A DNA stretch of 64,000 bases from Pseudomonadota bacterium (GCA_023386865.1 JAEWIV010000191.1:2665-66664); one strand, 5' to 3'. Positions 22,749 to 32,660 are shown, numbered from the stretch's first letter. The notes: generated by a model not told the origin, from the sequence alone. Translations and numbers: made by a program.

Positions 22749-23075
22749 ATGCGCCTGCAGCTTTTCGCTCTGGTGCTCGCCATCGCCGCGTTCAACGGCA
22801 TCTTTTCTCCGCTGGTCCACCTCGTCGCGGCATACGGCTTCGTCTGGGCGCCGCCTTGGCTGTCGACCGATCCCAGCATCACCTTCTATTTCTCCAGCCT
22901 GATCCTGGCGACCACGACCCTGCTTGTCTCCGGCATCCCGTCCGCCCTGCTGGAGCAGGCCGTCCCGGCATCGCGCGCGGCGGCCGGACCCAACCTCGTG
23001 TGGGTGCTGATCGCGTTGGTGCTGAGCTTTCCCGCCGTGGTGCGGCTCTTGCTCATCTCGGGGGCGGCGCAATAG
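22749..23075 (+). CDS. Hypothetical membrane protein
   Basis: Starts 1 bp after the upstream stop and has three hydrophobic segments. Confidence 0.65.
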   Translation: MRLQLFALVLAIAAFNGIFSPLVHLVAAYGFVWAPPWLSTDPSITFYFSSLILATTTLLVSGIPSALLEQAVPASRAAAGPNLVWVLIALVLSFPAVVRLLLISGAAQ

Positions 23076-23084
23076 GGTCCACTC

Positions 23085-23450
23085 ATGGACCGGGTGGAAT
23101 TCCTCGCCGATTTCGTCGTCAAGCGCGGCTGCGCCTTCGCGCTGCTGGCCATCGGCACGGTGATGCTGGGTCTCTCCTATGATCTCGTCCTGTGCTTGAA
23201 ATCGGGCGCCATTCTCGAGGCCCTGCACGGGTCGGTGCTCGGCGTGTTCGCCTACAATGCGCCGCGCTGGAACCACCGCTCGACTGAGCTGTGGACCCTG
23301 TTGAACAAGGGCGCCGATCTGCCGCCGGACTATCCGCCCGAGTTGCTGCTCGAAGTGCTGCGCAAGACCTACACTCGCTATGCAGAGTACAGCGCGGCCA
23401 TAGCATTGGCGCTCAGCGTCGCCGCGCTGGCGGTCTGGATCGTCCGCTGA
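23085..23450 (+). CDS. Hypothetical membrane protein
   Basis: Operonic spacing, TM segments and a ..TELW.LL motif. Confidence 0.65.
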   Translation: MDRVEFLADFVVKRGCAFALLAIGTVMLGLSYDLVLCLKSGAILEALHGSVLGVFAYNAPRWNHRSTELWTLLNKGADLPPDYPPELLLEVLRKTYTRYAEYSAAIALALSVAALAVWIVR

Positions 23451-23460
23451 AGCGTTCCTG

Positions 23461-23486
23461 CGACTTTGGTCGAACGACCTTGGTCC
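23461..23486. promoter_or_regulatory. Tandem candidate CrbR-type sites CGAC-TTTG-GTCG and CGAC-CTTG-GTCC
   Basis: Two inverted repeats 2 bp apart, ~85-110 bp upstream of the MFS transporter ATG. Confidence 0.55.
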
Positions 23487-23569
23487 AATTGCACACGCAT
23501 CGAGCAGAGGCATAAACGGCTCCCAAGTAGATACACGCAACGTGTCGTTCAACCTGGGGAGTAACGCGC

Positions 23570-25240
23570 ATGGCAATGGCAGCAACGGCCGGACCCGATA
23601 CGGCACGGCCAATGACCCGGGAGGAGCGGAAGGTCATCATCGCCTCCTCGGTCGGCACCGTCTTCGAATGGTACGACTTCTACCTCGCCGGTTCGCTGGC
23701 TGCGAACATCAGCGCCACCTTCTTTTCGGGCGTCAACCCGACCGCGGCCTTCATCTTCACCCTGCTGGGCTTCGCCGCGGGCTTCGCTGTCCGCCCCTTC
23801 GGCGCGCTGGTTTTCGGCAGCCTGGGGGACCTGATCGGCCGCAAGTACACCTTTCTCGTGACGATGACCCTGATGGGCATCGCGACCTTCGTCGTCGGCC
23901 TGCTGCCCGGCTACGCCTCGATCGGCATCGCCGCTCCGGTGCTGTTCATCGCCTGCCGCCTGTTGCAGGGCCTGGCGCTGGGTGGCGAGTATGGCGGCGC
24001 GGCGACCTACGTCGCCGAGCATGCGCCGCAGCATCGCCGTGGCTTCTACACCTCGTGGATCCAGACGACGGCGACGGTCGGCCTGTTCCTGTCGCTGCTC
24101 GTCATCCTGGTGCTGCGTTTCGCGATGACGCCCGAGCAGTTCGCGGCCTGGGGCTGGCGCGTGCCGTTCCTGCTGTCGATCATCCTGCTCGGCGTGTCGA
24201 TCTGGATCCGGCTGCAGCTCGAGGAGTCGCCCGCCTTCGCCCGCATCAAGGCCGAGGGCAAGAGCTCCAAGACGCCGCTGCGCGAGGCTTTCGGCAAGTG
24301 GGAGAACGCCAAGATCGCGGTCTTCGCCCTGCTCGGCGGCACCGCCGGACAGGCCGTGGTGTGGTACACGGGCCAGTTCTATGCCCTGTTCTTCCTCACC
24401 CAGACGCTGAAGCTCGATGCGACGACCTCCAACATCGTGATCGCCGCGGCGCTCGCGATCGGCACGCCGTTCTTCGTCTTCTTCGGCTGGCTGTCGGACA
24501 AGGTCGGTCGCAAGCCGATCATCCTGGCGGGCTGCCTGCTGGCGGTCGTGACCTACTTCCCGCTGTTCAAGGCGCTCACCAACGCCGTGAACCCGCAGCT
24601 CGAGATGGCGCTGGAGAAGTCGCCGGTGACGGTGATCGCCGATCCCAACGAGTGCTCGTTCCAGTTCAATCCGACGGGCACGGCGAGCTTCACCACCTCG
24701 TGCGACATCGCCAAGTCGTTCCTCGCGCGCAACGCGGTGAACTACCACAACGAGACCGCGCCGCCGGGCTCGCCGGCGCAGATCAAGATCGGCGACAAGG
24801 TCATCACCTCGTTCGACAAGGTCAAGGCCGGCGCCCAAGGCGCCGCGCAGGAGAAGGCCTTCAACGACCAGGCCACGGCGGCGATCCGCGCCGCCGGCTA
24901 TCCGGCTGCGGCCGACAAGGCGAAGATGAACATGCCGATGGTGATCGGCATCCTGACCATCCTCGTGATCTACGTGACGATGGTGTACGGCCCGATTGCG
25001 GCCATGCTGGTCGAGCTGTTCCCGACCCGCATCCGCTATTCCGGCATGTCGCTGCCCTACCACATCGGCAACGGCTGGTTCGGTGGCTTCCTGCCGCCCA
25101 CCGCCTTCGCCATCGTGGCGGCTACCGGCGACATCTACTCCGGCCTCTGGTATCCGATCGTGGTGGCGGCGATGACCTTCATCATCGGCCTGCTGTTCGT
25201 GCCCGAGACCAAGGACCGCAACATCTACCAGCACGACTGA
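23570..25240 (+). CDS. MFS metabolite:H+ symporter (MHS family) with a Cys-containing periplasmic insert
   Basis: GTVFEWYDF, RPFGALVFG..GD..GRK, GGEYGGA and ELFPTRIRY motifs. Confidence 0.9.
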   Translation: MAMAATAGPDTARPMTREERKVIIASSVGTVFEWYDFYLAGSLAANISATFFSGVNPTAAFIFTLLGFAAGFAVRPFGALVFGSLGDLIGRKYTFLVTMTLMGIATFVVGLLPGYASIGIAAPVLFIACRLLQGLALGGEYGGAATYVAEHAPQHRRGFYTSWIQTTATVGLFLSLLVILVLRFAMTPEQFAAWGWRVPFLLSIILLGVSIWIRLQLEESPAFARIKAEGKSSKTPLREAFGKWENAKIAVFALLGGTAGQAVVWYTGQFYALFFLTQTLKLDATTSNIVIAAALAIGTPFFVFFGWLSDKVGRKPIILAGCLLAVVTYFPLFKALTNAVNPQLEMALEKSPVTVIADPNECSFQFNPTGTASFTTSCDIAKSFLARNAVNYHNETAPPGSPAQIKIGDKVITSFDKVKAGAQGAAQEKAFNDQATAAIRAAGYPAAADKAKMNMPMVIGILTILVIYVTMVYGPIAAMLVELFPTRIRYSGMSLPYHIGNGWFGGFLPPTAFAIVAATGDIYSGLWYPIVVAAMTFIIGLLFVPETKDRNIYQHD

Positions 25241-25268
25241 CGATTCGGTCGTCCCGACGTGCCTCGAG

Positions 25269-25301
25269 CCGGCGGTCCGCAAGGGCCGCCGGTTTCTTTT
25301 T
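25269..25301 (+). terminator. Rho-independent terminator
   Basis: CCGGCGGTCC-GCAA-GGGCCGCCGG followed by TTTCTTTTT. Confidence 0.8.
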
Positions 25302-25324
25302 GTCGATATCCCGCTCCACCAAGC

Positions 25325-25395
25325 TTGTCATCGCGAACGAAGCGAGGGACGTTTCGGGCCACACGAGAGGTCCCGCGGCCGCGGGGCGACGACAA
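25325..25395. repeat. Degenerate small palindromic repeat (REP/MITE-like)
   Basis: Terminal inverted repeat TTGTCATCGC / GCGACGACAA (1 mismatch) with an inner GGGAC / GTCCC pair. Confidence 0.5.
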
Positions 25396-25411
25396 TTCGC
25401 AAGGACCCGCC

Positions 25412-25942
25412 ATGAACCTCGACGCCATCGCCATCGGCCACGATCCACCCGAGGACGTGAACACCGTCATCGAGGTGCCGATCGGCGGCGAGCCCGTGAA
25501 ATACGAGATGGACAAGGCGGCGGGCACGCTGGTGGTCGACCGCTTCCTCTACACGCCCATGCGCTACCCGGGCAATTACGGCTTCGTGCCGCATACGCTC
25601 TCGGACGACGGCGATCCGATCGACGTTCTGGTCGCGAACACGCGGCCCATCATTCCGGGGGCCGTGATGAATGTGCGGCCGATCGGGGTGCTGCGCATGG
25701 AGGACGACGGCGGCGGCGACGAGAAGATCATCGCGGTGCCTTCGTCGCGCATCACCCAGCGCTACGTCAACGTGAAGACGCACACCGACCTGCCCGAGAT
25801 CACGCGTCACCAGATCGAGCACTTCTTCATCCACTACAAGGACCTCGAACCCGGCAAGTGGGTGAAGCTCCTGGGCTGGGGCGATGTCACGGAAGCCCGC
25901 CGCCTCATCGCCGAGGCAATCGCGCGCGCCCGCCGGTCGTGA
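25412..25942 (+). CDS. ppa: Inorganic pyrophosphatase (family I)
   Basis: KYE.DK, YPGNYGF.P.TL, DGDPIDV and HFF.HYKDLE motifs. Confidence 0.95.
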   Translation: MNLDAIAIGHDPPEDVNTVIEVPIGGEPVKYEMDKAAGTLVVDRFLYTPMRYPGNYGFVPHTLSDDGDPIDVLVANTRPIIPGAVMNVRPIGVLRMEDDGGGDEKIIAVPSSRITQRYVNVKTHTDLPEITRHQIEHFFIHYKDLEPGKWVKLLGWGDVTEARRLIAEAIARARRS

Positions 25943-25979
25943 CACTGGGCGCGCCGGCAGACGAACGAAGGATGCTTCG

Positions 25980-26954
25980 ATGAAGGTCGCTTTTGCCGGG
26001 TTCTTTGCCATCAGGCTCGCTGATCTGGTGCGCGCTCACCTGTCGATCCCTTGCGAGGTGGTCGAGGGCGACGAGGCGGCGATCCTGCCGCGCTTGGCCG
26101 AGGTGGACGTTCTCGTCTCGATGGGTTTTACCCGGCCGATGGCCGAGGCGGCGCCACGCCTCAGGCTGGTGCAGGTGCCGGGCGCGGGGCTCGACCGCAT
26201 CGATCGCAGCGTGCTGCGGCCGGGCCTGCGGCTCGCCAACGCCTACGGCCATGAGGCGGGCATCGCCGAGTACATCATGGGCGCGATGCTGTCGCTCACC
26301 CGGTCGTTCGGCAGTCTCGACGCCAGCCTGCGAAAGGGGCGATGGGACAGCCAGTGGGCGATCGGCACGCCCATGCCGCCGCCGGCCCGGGAGCTTGCCG
26401 GCAAGACGCTGGGCATTCTGGGCTTCGGGCATATCGGCGAGGCGCTCGCCCGGCGGGCCGCGGCCTTCGACATGCAAGTCTGCGCCGTTCGGCGCCAGGC
26501 CCAGCAGGACGCGCCGCCGGCCGTCTCCTTCATCGGCGGCCCCGATCGGCTCGACGAGGTCCTGCGACGAGCCGACTATCTCGCCGTCACGCTGTCGCTC
26601 TCGCCCGAGACGCGCAACCTCCTGGATGATCGCCGATTGAGCCTGATGAAGCCCTCTGCCTACCTGATCAACGTCGCGCGAGCGGAGATCATCGACGAGC
26701 GCGCGCTCTACCAGGCGCTGAGCGGCGGCAGGCTGGCCGGCGGCGCCCTCGATGTCTGGTATCGCTATCCCACGACGCCCGGACCGACCCTGCCCGCCAC
26801 CCAGCCGTTCCACGAGCTTGCCAACGTGATCCTGACCCCGCACGTCTCGGGCTGGACCGAGGGCATGCTCGAGGCGAGGGCGAAGCTGATAGCGTCCAAC
26901 ATCGAGCGCACGGCGCGCGGCGAGCGGCCGCTGAACGAGATCTGCTCGCAGTGA
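25980..26954 (+). CDS. D-2-hydroxyacid dehydrogenase family
   Basis: GILGFGHIG, INVARAE, ALDVW and TPHVSG motifs. Confidence 0.9.
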   Translation: MKVAFAGFFAIRLADLVRAHLSIPCEVVEGDEAAILPRLAEVDVLVSMGFTRPMAEAAPRLRLVQVPGAGLDRIDRSVLRPGLRLANAYGHEAGIAEYIMGAMLSLTRSFGSLDASLRKGRWDSQWAIGTPMPPPARELAGKTLGILGFGHIGEALARRAAAFDMQVCAVRRQAQQDAPPAVSFIGGPDRLDEVLRRADYLAVTLSLSPETRNLLDDRRLSLMKPSAYLINVARAEIIDERALYQALSGGRLAGGALDVWYRYPTTPGPTLPATQPFHELANVILTPHVSGWTEGMLEARAKLIASNIERTARGERPLNEICSQ

Positions 26955-28237
26955 GCAGCTGGCAGCGGCGCCTGCCGTTCTACTATGGCTGGCTGATCAT
27001 CGGCATCGCCTTCGTGACCATGGCCATTGCCGTTACGGCGCGCACGTCCTTCTCGCTGCTCCTGCCGCCGCTGATCAGCGAGTTCGGCTGGGATCGCGGG
27101 CTTGCCGCCGGCGCCTTCTCCTTCGGCTTCCTCGTGTCGGCGGTTCTGGGCCCGATCGTCGGCCGCGTCATGGATCGCAAGGGCCCGCGCATCGTGATCG
27201 AAACTGGTGTGGTCATGGTGGCCACCGGCCTTCTGCTCGCGACCGTCATCGCCAACCCCTGGCAGTTCTACGCCACGCTCGGCGTGATGGTGGGGGCGGG
27301 CGCCAACCTCATGACCTTCACCGCCCATTCGCAGTTCCTGCCGCACTGGTTCGTCCGCTGGCGGGCGCTCGCCATCAGCATCGCCTTCTCCGGCGTCGGC
27401 GTCGGCGCCATCGTGCTGCTGCCCTGGCTGCAGACGATCATCGAGCGCGAGGGCTGGCGACAGGCGTGCTGGGTCATGGGCCTGCTAATCCTGCTCGTCC
27501 TGGGGCCGCTCAATCTCTTCGTCCGGCGCCGGCCACAGGATATCGGCTTGTTGCCCGACGGCGAATCGCACGCCGCCGCGGCGATGCCACGGCCGCCGTC
27601 GAACGTCGTCGACCGCGCCTGGGCATCGGTGGAATGGACGTTGGTGCGGGCAATCCGGACAGGGCGTTTTTGGTGGATCGCGCTCGGCTATTCCTGCGCG
27701 CTGTTCGCCTGGTACGCCGTCCAGGTGCACCAGACCAAGTACCTGATCGAGATCGGCTTCTCGCCGATCGTCGCGGCGTGGGCCTTGGGCATGGTGAGCG
27801 TCGTGGGCATTCCCGGGCAGATCGGGCTCGGCGCCCTGTCCGACCGAATCGGTCGCGAATGGATCTGGGCGGCCGGCTGCGCGGGCTTTGCCATCTGCTA
27901 TGTCTGCCTGATCGCGCTGGAACGCTCGCCATCGCCGGTGCTGTTGTGGCTGATGGTGATCGCGCAGGGCTCGCTCGGGTACGCCCTGACCTCGGTGATG
28001 GGCCCGATCGTGGCCGAGATCTTCGAAGGACCCCACTACGGCTCGATCTTCGGCATGCTCACGGTCGCGCTGATCGGCGGCGGCGCGGCCGGCCCTTGGC
28101 TCACGGGCGTCATCCATGACATGACCGGCAGCTACCAGCCCGCCTTCATCCTCGCCATCGCCTGCTGCGCGGTATCGGCGATGGCGATCTGGATCGCCGC
28201 TCCACGCAAGGTGCGTTTGGTGCCCGGCCGCCTGTAG
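26951..28237 (+). CDS. MFS transporter (OFA/MCT-like)
   Basis: FYYGW.I start, GRVMDRKG and GALSDRIGR motifs, about 12 TM segments. Confidence 0.88.
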   Translation: MSSWQRRLPFYYGWLIIGIAFVTMAIAVTARTSFSLLLPPLISEFGWDRGLAAGAFSFGFLVSAVLGPIVGRVMDRKGPRIVIETGVVMVATGLLLATVIANPWQFYATLGVMVGAGANLMTFTAHSQFLPHWFVRWRALAISIAFSGVGVGAIVLLPWLQTIIEREGWRQACWVMGLLILLVLGPLNLFVRRRPQDIGLLPDGESHAAAAMPRPPSNVVDRAWASVEWTLVRAIRTGRFWWIALGYSCALFAWYAVQVHQTKYLIEIGFSPIVAAWALGMVSVVGIPGQIGLGALSDRIGREWIWAAGCAGFAICYVCLIALERSPSPVLLWLMVIAQGSLGYALTSVMGPIVAEIFEGPHYGSIFGMLTVALIGGGAAGPWLTGVIHDMTGSYQPAFILAIACCAVSAMAIWIAAPRKVRLVPGRL

Positions 28238-28302
28238 CCGACGGCCGGTCCTGTCGGCGATTTGGCGGAGGTCCGCGCTCCGCCAAGTGCTATCGTGCTG
28301 CC

Positions 28303-29136
28303 ATGTGTGAGCTGTTTTGCCTTTCCAGCAGGCGCCCGACGCGCACGACCTTCTCGCTTCGCCACTTCGCGGCCCACGGCGCGCCCAGCACGCGCAACAT
28401 CGATGGCTGGGGAGTGGCGTTTCATGACGGTCGCGACGCGCGTCTCTACAAGGAGCCCGAACCGGCAGGGGACAGCCCGCTGCTCGGGTTCATCGAGGGC
28501 CATCTTCACCCCACGCACCTCCTGATCTCACATATTCGTCGCGCCACCGTCGGCGGCAACAGCCTGGCCAACACTCAGCCGTTCGTGCGCGAGCTGGGCG
28601 GCCGCGTTCATCTCTTCGCGCACAACGGTGGCTTCAACGGTATCGAGGCCCTGTTCGCCAGGTCGGTGCATCGCTTCCATCCGGTCGGTGAGACCGATTC
28701 GGAGAAGGGCTTCTGTCTGCTGCTCGATCGCCTGCTCAAGATCTGGGAAGGGGCCATGCCGCCGCCGCTCGCGGCCCGGCTCGCCCTCATCGAGGCCTTC
28801 GCTGCAGAGATGCGTCCTCTGGGGGTCGCCAATTTCCTCTACAGCGATGGCGAGTTCGTCTTCGGCCACGGCCATCGCCGCACCCAGGCCGACGGCATCG
28901 TGGCACCGCCCGGCCTGTGGGTGCGCCACCGCCGCCGTCGCGGCAGCCACGCCGCAGCCATCGTGCCGCCCGCGGCTTCGGGCGTGACCGTCCATGCCGA
29001 CGAGCACGCGATCGATGGTGTCCAGGAAATGACGCTGCTCGCCAGCGTGCCCGTTACGGGCGGACACTGGTCGCCATTGGCCGAAGGCGAAGTCGTCGTC
29101 GTCTCGGCCGGCGAACTCGTCGAGGAAGCCGGCTAG
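28303..29136 (+). CDS. Class II glutamine amidotransferase-like Ntn hydrolase (YafJ/EgtC-like)
   Basis: N-terminal MCEL (Cys2 nucleophile), DGWG, HIRRAT, NTQPF, HNG and GETDSE motifs. Confidence 0.9.
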   Translation: MCELFCLSSRRPTRTTFSLRHFAAHGAPSTRNIDGWGVAFHDGRDARLYKEPEPAGDSPLLGFIEGHLHPTHLLISHIRRATVGGNSLANTQPFVRELGGRVHLFAHNGGFNGIEALFARSVHRFHPVGETDSEKGFCLLLDRLLKIWEGAMPPPLAARLALIEAFAAEMRPLGVANFLYSDGEFVFGHGHRRTQADGIVAPPGLWVRHRRRRGSHAAAIVPPAASGVTVHADEHAIDGVQEMTLLASVPVTGGHWSPLAEGEVVVVSAGELVEEAG

Positions 29137-29170
29137 CCGCCGTTTGTCGACATTTTCCGGAGATCAACCC

Positions 29171-29560
29171 TTGAACGCGCTCACCCAGATTCGCCAGATC
29201 GACTACACGGTCGTCTTCGCTCGCGACATGAAGGCCATGCGGCACTTCTACGAGACGGTCATGGAATTTCCGCTGATGCGCGTTCTGAGCGAGCGCTGGA
29301 TCGAATATCGCGTCGGCAGCACGACTCTGGCATTGGCGACCCGTGGTGGGCGGTTCGACGATCCGCCACCGCCCGAGGGCGCGCTGTCCCTGCAGCTTGC
29401 CTTCCGCGTTTCGCCGCAGGGCGTGCTCGATTGCGCAGCGGCGCTGGAGGCCAAAGGCGTCACGCTCGTCTCGCCGCCAACCGATCATCCCTTCGGCCAT
29501 CGCACGATCTTCTTCCGCGACCCGGATGGCAACGTCTTGGAGATCTATGCCGAGATCTGA
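29171..29560 (+). CDS. VOC/glyoxalase family protein
   Basis: FYETV and PFGHRT.FFRDPDGNVLEI motifs. TTG start after GGAGA; start is uncertain. Confidence 0.85.
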   Translation: MNALTQIRQIDYTVVFARDMKAMRHFYETVMEFPLMRVLSERWIEYRVGSTTLALATRGGRFDDPPPPEGALSLQLAFRVSPQGVLDCAAALEAKGVTLVSPPTDHPFGHRTIFFRDPDGNVLEIYAEI

Positions 29561-29720
29561 AGCGCCGTTCCGCGCCGGGCGGGGCTCGCCCTGCGAAGCA
29601 CGCGGCGCGAAGCGGGGTTGCCGCGTCACGATCCTGCCGATACTCAGGTGGGCAGCGCCGATGTGCCATCGATGCCGATCGGCGGGAAATCGGCACAAGC
29701 AGAGTTGAGAGGAAACTGCA

Positions 29721-30986
29721 TTGAGGTCGCCCGGTCTTCGGCGGCAAGCCGTGACGATCGTCGCGACCCTGGCGACAGCCTACGTGGCCAGCCATTTCTT
29801 CAGGGCGGCCAACGTCACCATCGGCCTCGACCTGATGCGCGATCTGCACATCGGGTCCGAGGCGCTGGGCGCCCTGACCGGCGCCTTCTTCTTCGGCTTC
29901 TCGACGATGCAGATTCCCTGCGGCTTCCTGTTCGACCGCTACGGCCCGCGCCGCACGGTCTCGGGGATGTTGCTGGTGGCCGTCGTGGGCGCGGCACTCT
30001 TTACCTTGGCGACCAGCTGGCCCGTGTTGCTGACGGGACGCGCCCTGATGGGGGCGGGCTTCGGCGTCATGCTGATCGGCAGCATGGTGGTGATCTCGCG
30101 CTGGTTTCCGCCCGACCGGTTCTCCACGCTGTCGGGGATCGTGCTGTCGGTCGGCCTTCTCGGCAACCTGTTGGCCACGACTCCGCTGGCGTGGGCCACC
30201 GAGCTGGCCGGCTGGCGTGGCGTGTTCACCATCATGGTCGCCTTCACGGCCTTGGCCGCACTGGCCGTCTGGCTGATCGTGCGCGATGCGCCGCCCGGCC
30301 ATCCGTTCCTGGAACGCAAGGCCGAATCGCCGTCCGAGATGGTGCGCGGCCTCGGCGAAGTGCTGCGCAATCCGCAGCTCCCGTTCATCCTGGCTCTGAA
30401 TTTCTGCAACTATGCCTGCACGTTCACCGTGCAAGGGCTGTGGGGTGGACCGTTCTTGCGCGAGGTGCACGGCCTGACGAGGATCGAATCGGGCAACGTC
30501 CTGCTGAGCGCGGTGATCGCCTACCAGTTCGGCATGTTGACGTTCGGGCCGCTGGACCGCCTGCTCGACACGCGAAAGTGGATTGCGATCGGTGGGACGC
30601 TGATGATCGCCGCCATCCTCGGGGTGCTTGCCGCCTGGGCTCAGGCGCCGCTCTGGCTCGCGGTCGGCGCGATCGTTGCCATCGGCTTCCTCAGCGCCTC
30701 CAGCACCATGGTGATGACGCATGGTCGCGGCATCTTCCCCGACCGACTGATCGGGCGCGGCATGGCGACCATGAACACCAGCGTGATGCTGGGCGTCGCC
30801 TGCATGCAGACCCTGTCGGGACTCATTCTCGGGGCGTTCACGCCCCTGGCCGACGGCGCGCGGTCGGAAGACGCCTATCGCAGCCTGTTCAGCTTCATGT
30901 GCGTCGTACTTCTGGTGGCGGTGACGGTCTATGGACGGTCTGTCGACATCCGCCCGAGCGACGAGCTGCGCACTCGTCGGACGTAG
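29721..30986 (+). CDS. MFS transporter (YitG/UhpC-like)
   Basis: QIP.G.LFDRYGPRR, RWFPP.RF and QGLWGGPFL motifs. Confidence 0.85.
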   Translation: MRSPGLRRQAVTIVATLATAYVASHFFRAANVTIGLDLMRDLHIGSEALGALTGAFFFGFSTMQIPCGFLFDRYGPRRTVSGMLLVAVVGAALFTLATSWPVLLTGRALMGAGFGVMLIGSMVVISRWFPPDRFSTLSGIVLSVGLLGNLLATTPLAWATELAGWRGVFTIMVAFTALAALAVWLIVRDAPPGHPFLERKAESPSEMVRGLGEVLRNPQLPFILALNFCNYACTFTVQGLWGGPFLREVHGLTRIESGNVLLSAVIAYQFGMLTFGPLDRLLDTRKWIAIGGTLMIAAILGVLAAWAQAPLWLAVGAIVAIGFLSASSTMVMTHGRGIFPDRLIGRGMATMNTSVMLGVACMQTLSGLILGAFTPLADGARSEDAYRSLFSFMCVVLLVAVTVYGRSVDIRPSDELRTRRT

Positions 30987-30999
30987 CGCGCAGCCGGCG

Positions 31000-32547
31000 T
31001 CAACCCGTCCGCGCTTTTTCGAGAAGTCGTTCAATCTCCTCGCTCCACCGCGGGTTATGTCTCCTGAGGGTAGCGAGTATGGCGATGGAGTGATCGATGG
31101 CTTGAGGGACGACGGCAAGGCATCGTCGCGCATCGCTCGCCCGGCCACTCGCCGCGCAGCATATTGCCATTACCTTGAGCGTGAGATCCGACGCCGGCCG
31201 GATCTTCAGCGCCTGCGTCGCCGCCTCGACGGCATGTTCGATCTCGCCCACAAACAGGTGTGCGAGGGCGAGCAGGTCGAACCAGACGAAATTGTGCGGA
31301 TCATGGGAATTCAGCCGCAATCCGTGCCGCAACGCCGGCTTCGCATCCTCCGCCTTGCCCAGATAGAGAGTTGCCATGCCGCGCACGAGATGGGCGAGCG
31401 CGAAGCTCGGGTTGAGCGCGATCGCCCTTTCGGCAGCACGCTCGGCCTGCTCCAGCTGGTCGGCCCCGCAACTGGTGATCGCGAGGCCGTAATGCGCATA
31501 AGGGTTCTTCTCGTCGAGACTTATCGCAGTGAGCGCAGCGCCGAGACCCTCGCGGCATACGGCCTCGGGCTCACGACTCCAACCCCAAAGCGCGATCCCA
31601 CCCGACACGCGAGCCAGCCAGATGTGCGGATCCGGCGACTGCGGTTCGAGCTTCGCCGCCGCGCGGAAGAGATCGCGCGCCTGCAGGTGAGTCTCCGGCG
31701 CGACGTGGTGGAAATACCATACGCCCTGCCGCACCAGTTCCCATGCCGTCAGCGCGCCTGCGGATTCGGCGCTCCGACGCGACTCTCTCTTCAGCAGCTC
31801 CGGTTCAATGGCGCCGGCCACGCTGTCGGCGATGTCGTCCTGAATCGCGAAGATGTCCGCCATGTCGCGTTCGTAGCGGTCGGCCCAGATGTGGCTGCCG
31901 GTCTCCGCGTCGATCAGCTGGCTGGTGATTCGGACACGCCGGCCGGCTTGGCGGTGGCTTCCCTCGAGCACGTAGCGTACGCCGAGCCGGCTCGCGATGT
32001 CCCGTACATCGATCGTCGAATCGCGGAAGGCGAAGCTCGACTGGCGCGAGACGACGAAGAACCAGCGGAAGCGCGTGAGCGCCGTGATGATATCGTCGGC
32101 GATGGCGTCGCCGAAATGCTGCTGATCGCCCGTGTCCGACAGGTTGACAAACGGAAGCACCGCGATCGACGGTTGCTTTCCCGCATAGCGTAAAGACTGC
32201 GCGGCAGTGCCTGCCAAAGGCACGCTGTCCTCGACGGCGACGACGGGACCGGCAAAGCGGTATCCACGCCGCGGCAGCGTCTCGATCCAGGCCTCGCCGC
32301 CCGGCTCCTCGGCGAACACCCGTCTCAGCGCCGCGATCTGCACTGGCAAGTTGCTCTCCTCGACCACGAGCCCGCTCCATGCCGCCGCAATCAGCCTTTC
32401 CTTGGAAACAGGGGTGCCCGGCTGCTGCAGGAGCGCGCGCAGCAAGGCGACGGGCCGGCGTCCGAGCCCGGTGATCTGCGTGCCACGGAAGAGGACCTCC
32501 GAGCCTGCATCGAGACGAAACGGGCCAAGTTGGTAGCTCGTCGGCAT
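31000..32547 (-). CDS. OmpR-type winged-helix regulator with TolB-like and TPR domains
   Basis: VEESNL.VQIAALRR...IETLPRRGYRF, PSIAVLPF.NLS and TPR-like C-terminal repeats. Confidence 0.85.
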   Translation of the reverse strand: MPTSYQLGPFRLDAGSEVLFRGTQITGLGRRPVALLRALLQQPGTPVSKERLIAAAWSGLVVEESNLPVQIAALRRVFAEEPGGEAWIETLPRRGYRFAGPVVAVEDSVPLAGTAAQSLRYAGKQPSIAVLPFVNLSDTGDQQHFGDAIADDIITALTRFRWFFVVSRQSSFAFRDSTIDVRDIASRLGVRYVLEGSHRQAGRRVRITSQLIDAETGSHIWADRYERDMADIFAIQDDIADSVAGAIEPELLKRESRRSAESAGALTAWELVRQGVWYFHHVAPETHLQARDLFRAAAKLEPQSPDPHIWLARVSGGIALWGWSREPEAVCREGLGAALTAISLDEKNPYAHYGLAITSCGADQLEQAERAAERAIALNPSFALAHLVRGMATLYLGKAEDAKPALRHGLRLNSHDPHNFVWFDLLALAHLFVGEIEHAVEAATQALKIRPASDLTLKVMAICCAASGRASDARRCLAVVPQAIDHSIAILATLRRHNPRWSEEIERLLEKARTG

Positions 32548-32660
32548 TTATCCGCTCGATTCAGGACCTTTTTCGAGAATCTTCATTGTCGCTTCATGAC
32601 TTTTTACCCGCCAAGCGGCGAGTCTGGGCAGCGCGCTTGCGTCGCCTGGGAGGTACTGCG

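Noticed and set aside
29588..29617. GCCCTGCGAAGC...GCGAAGCGGGG fragment resembling half of a small intergenic repeat
   Set aside because: Single short degenerate copy with no partner arm visible.
31000..32547. Adenylate/guanylate cyclase call for the TolB-TPR protein
   Set aside because: The N-terminus is a winged helix and no cyclase catalytic domain is visible.
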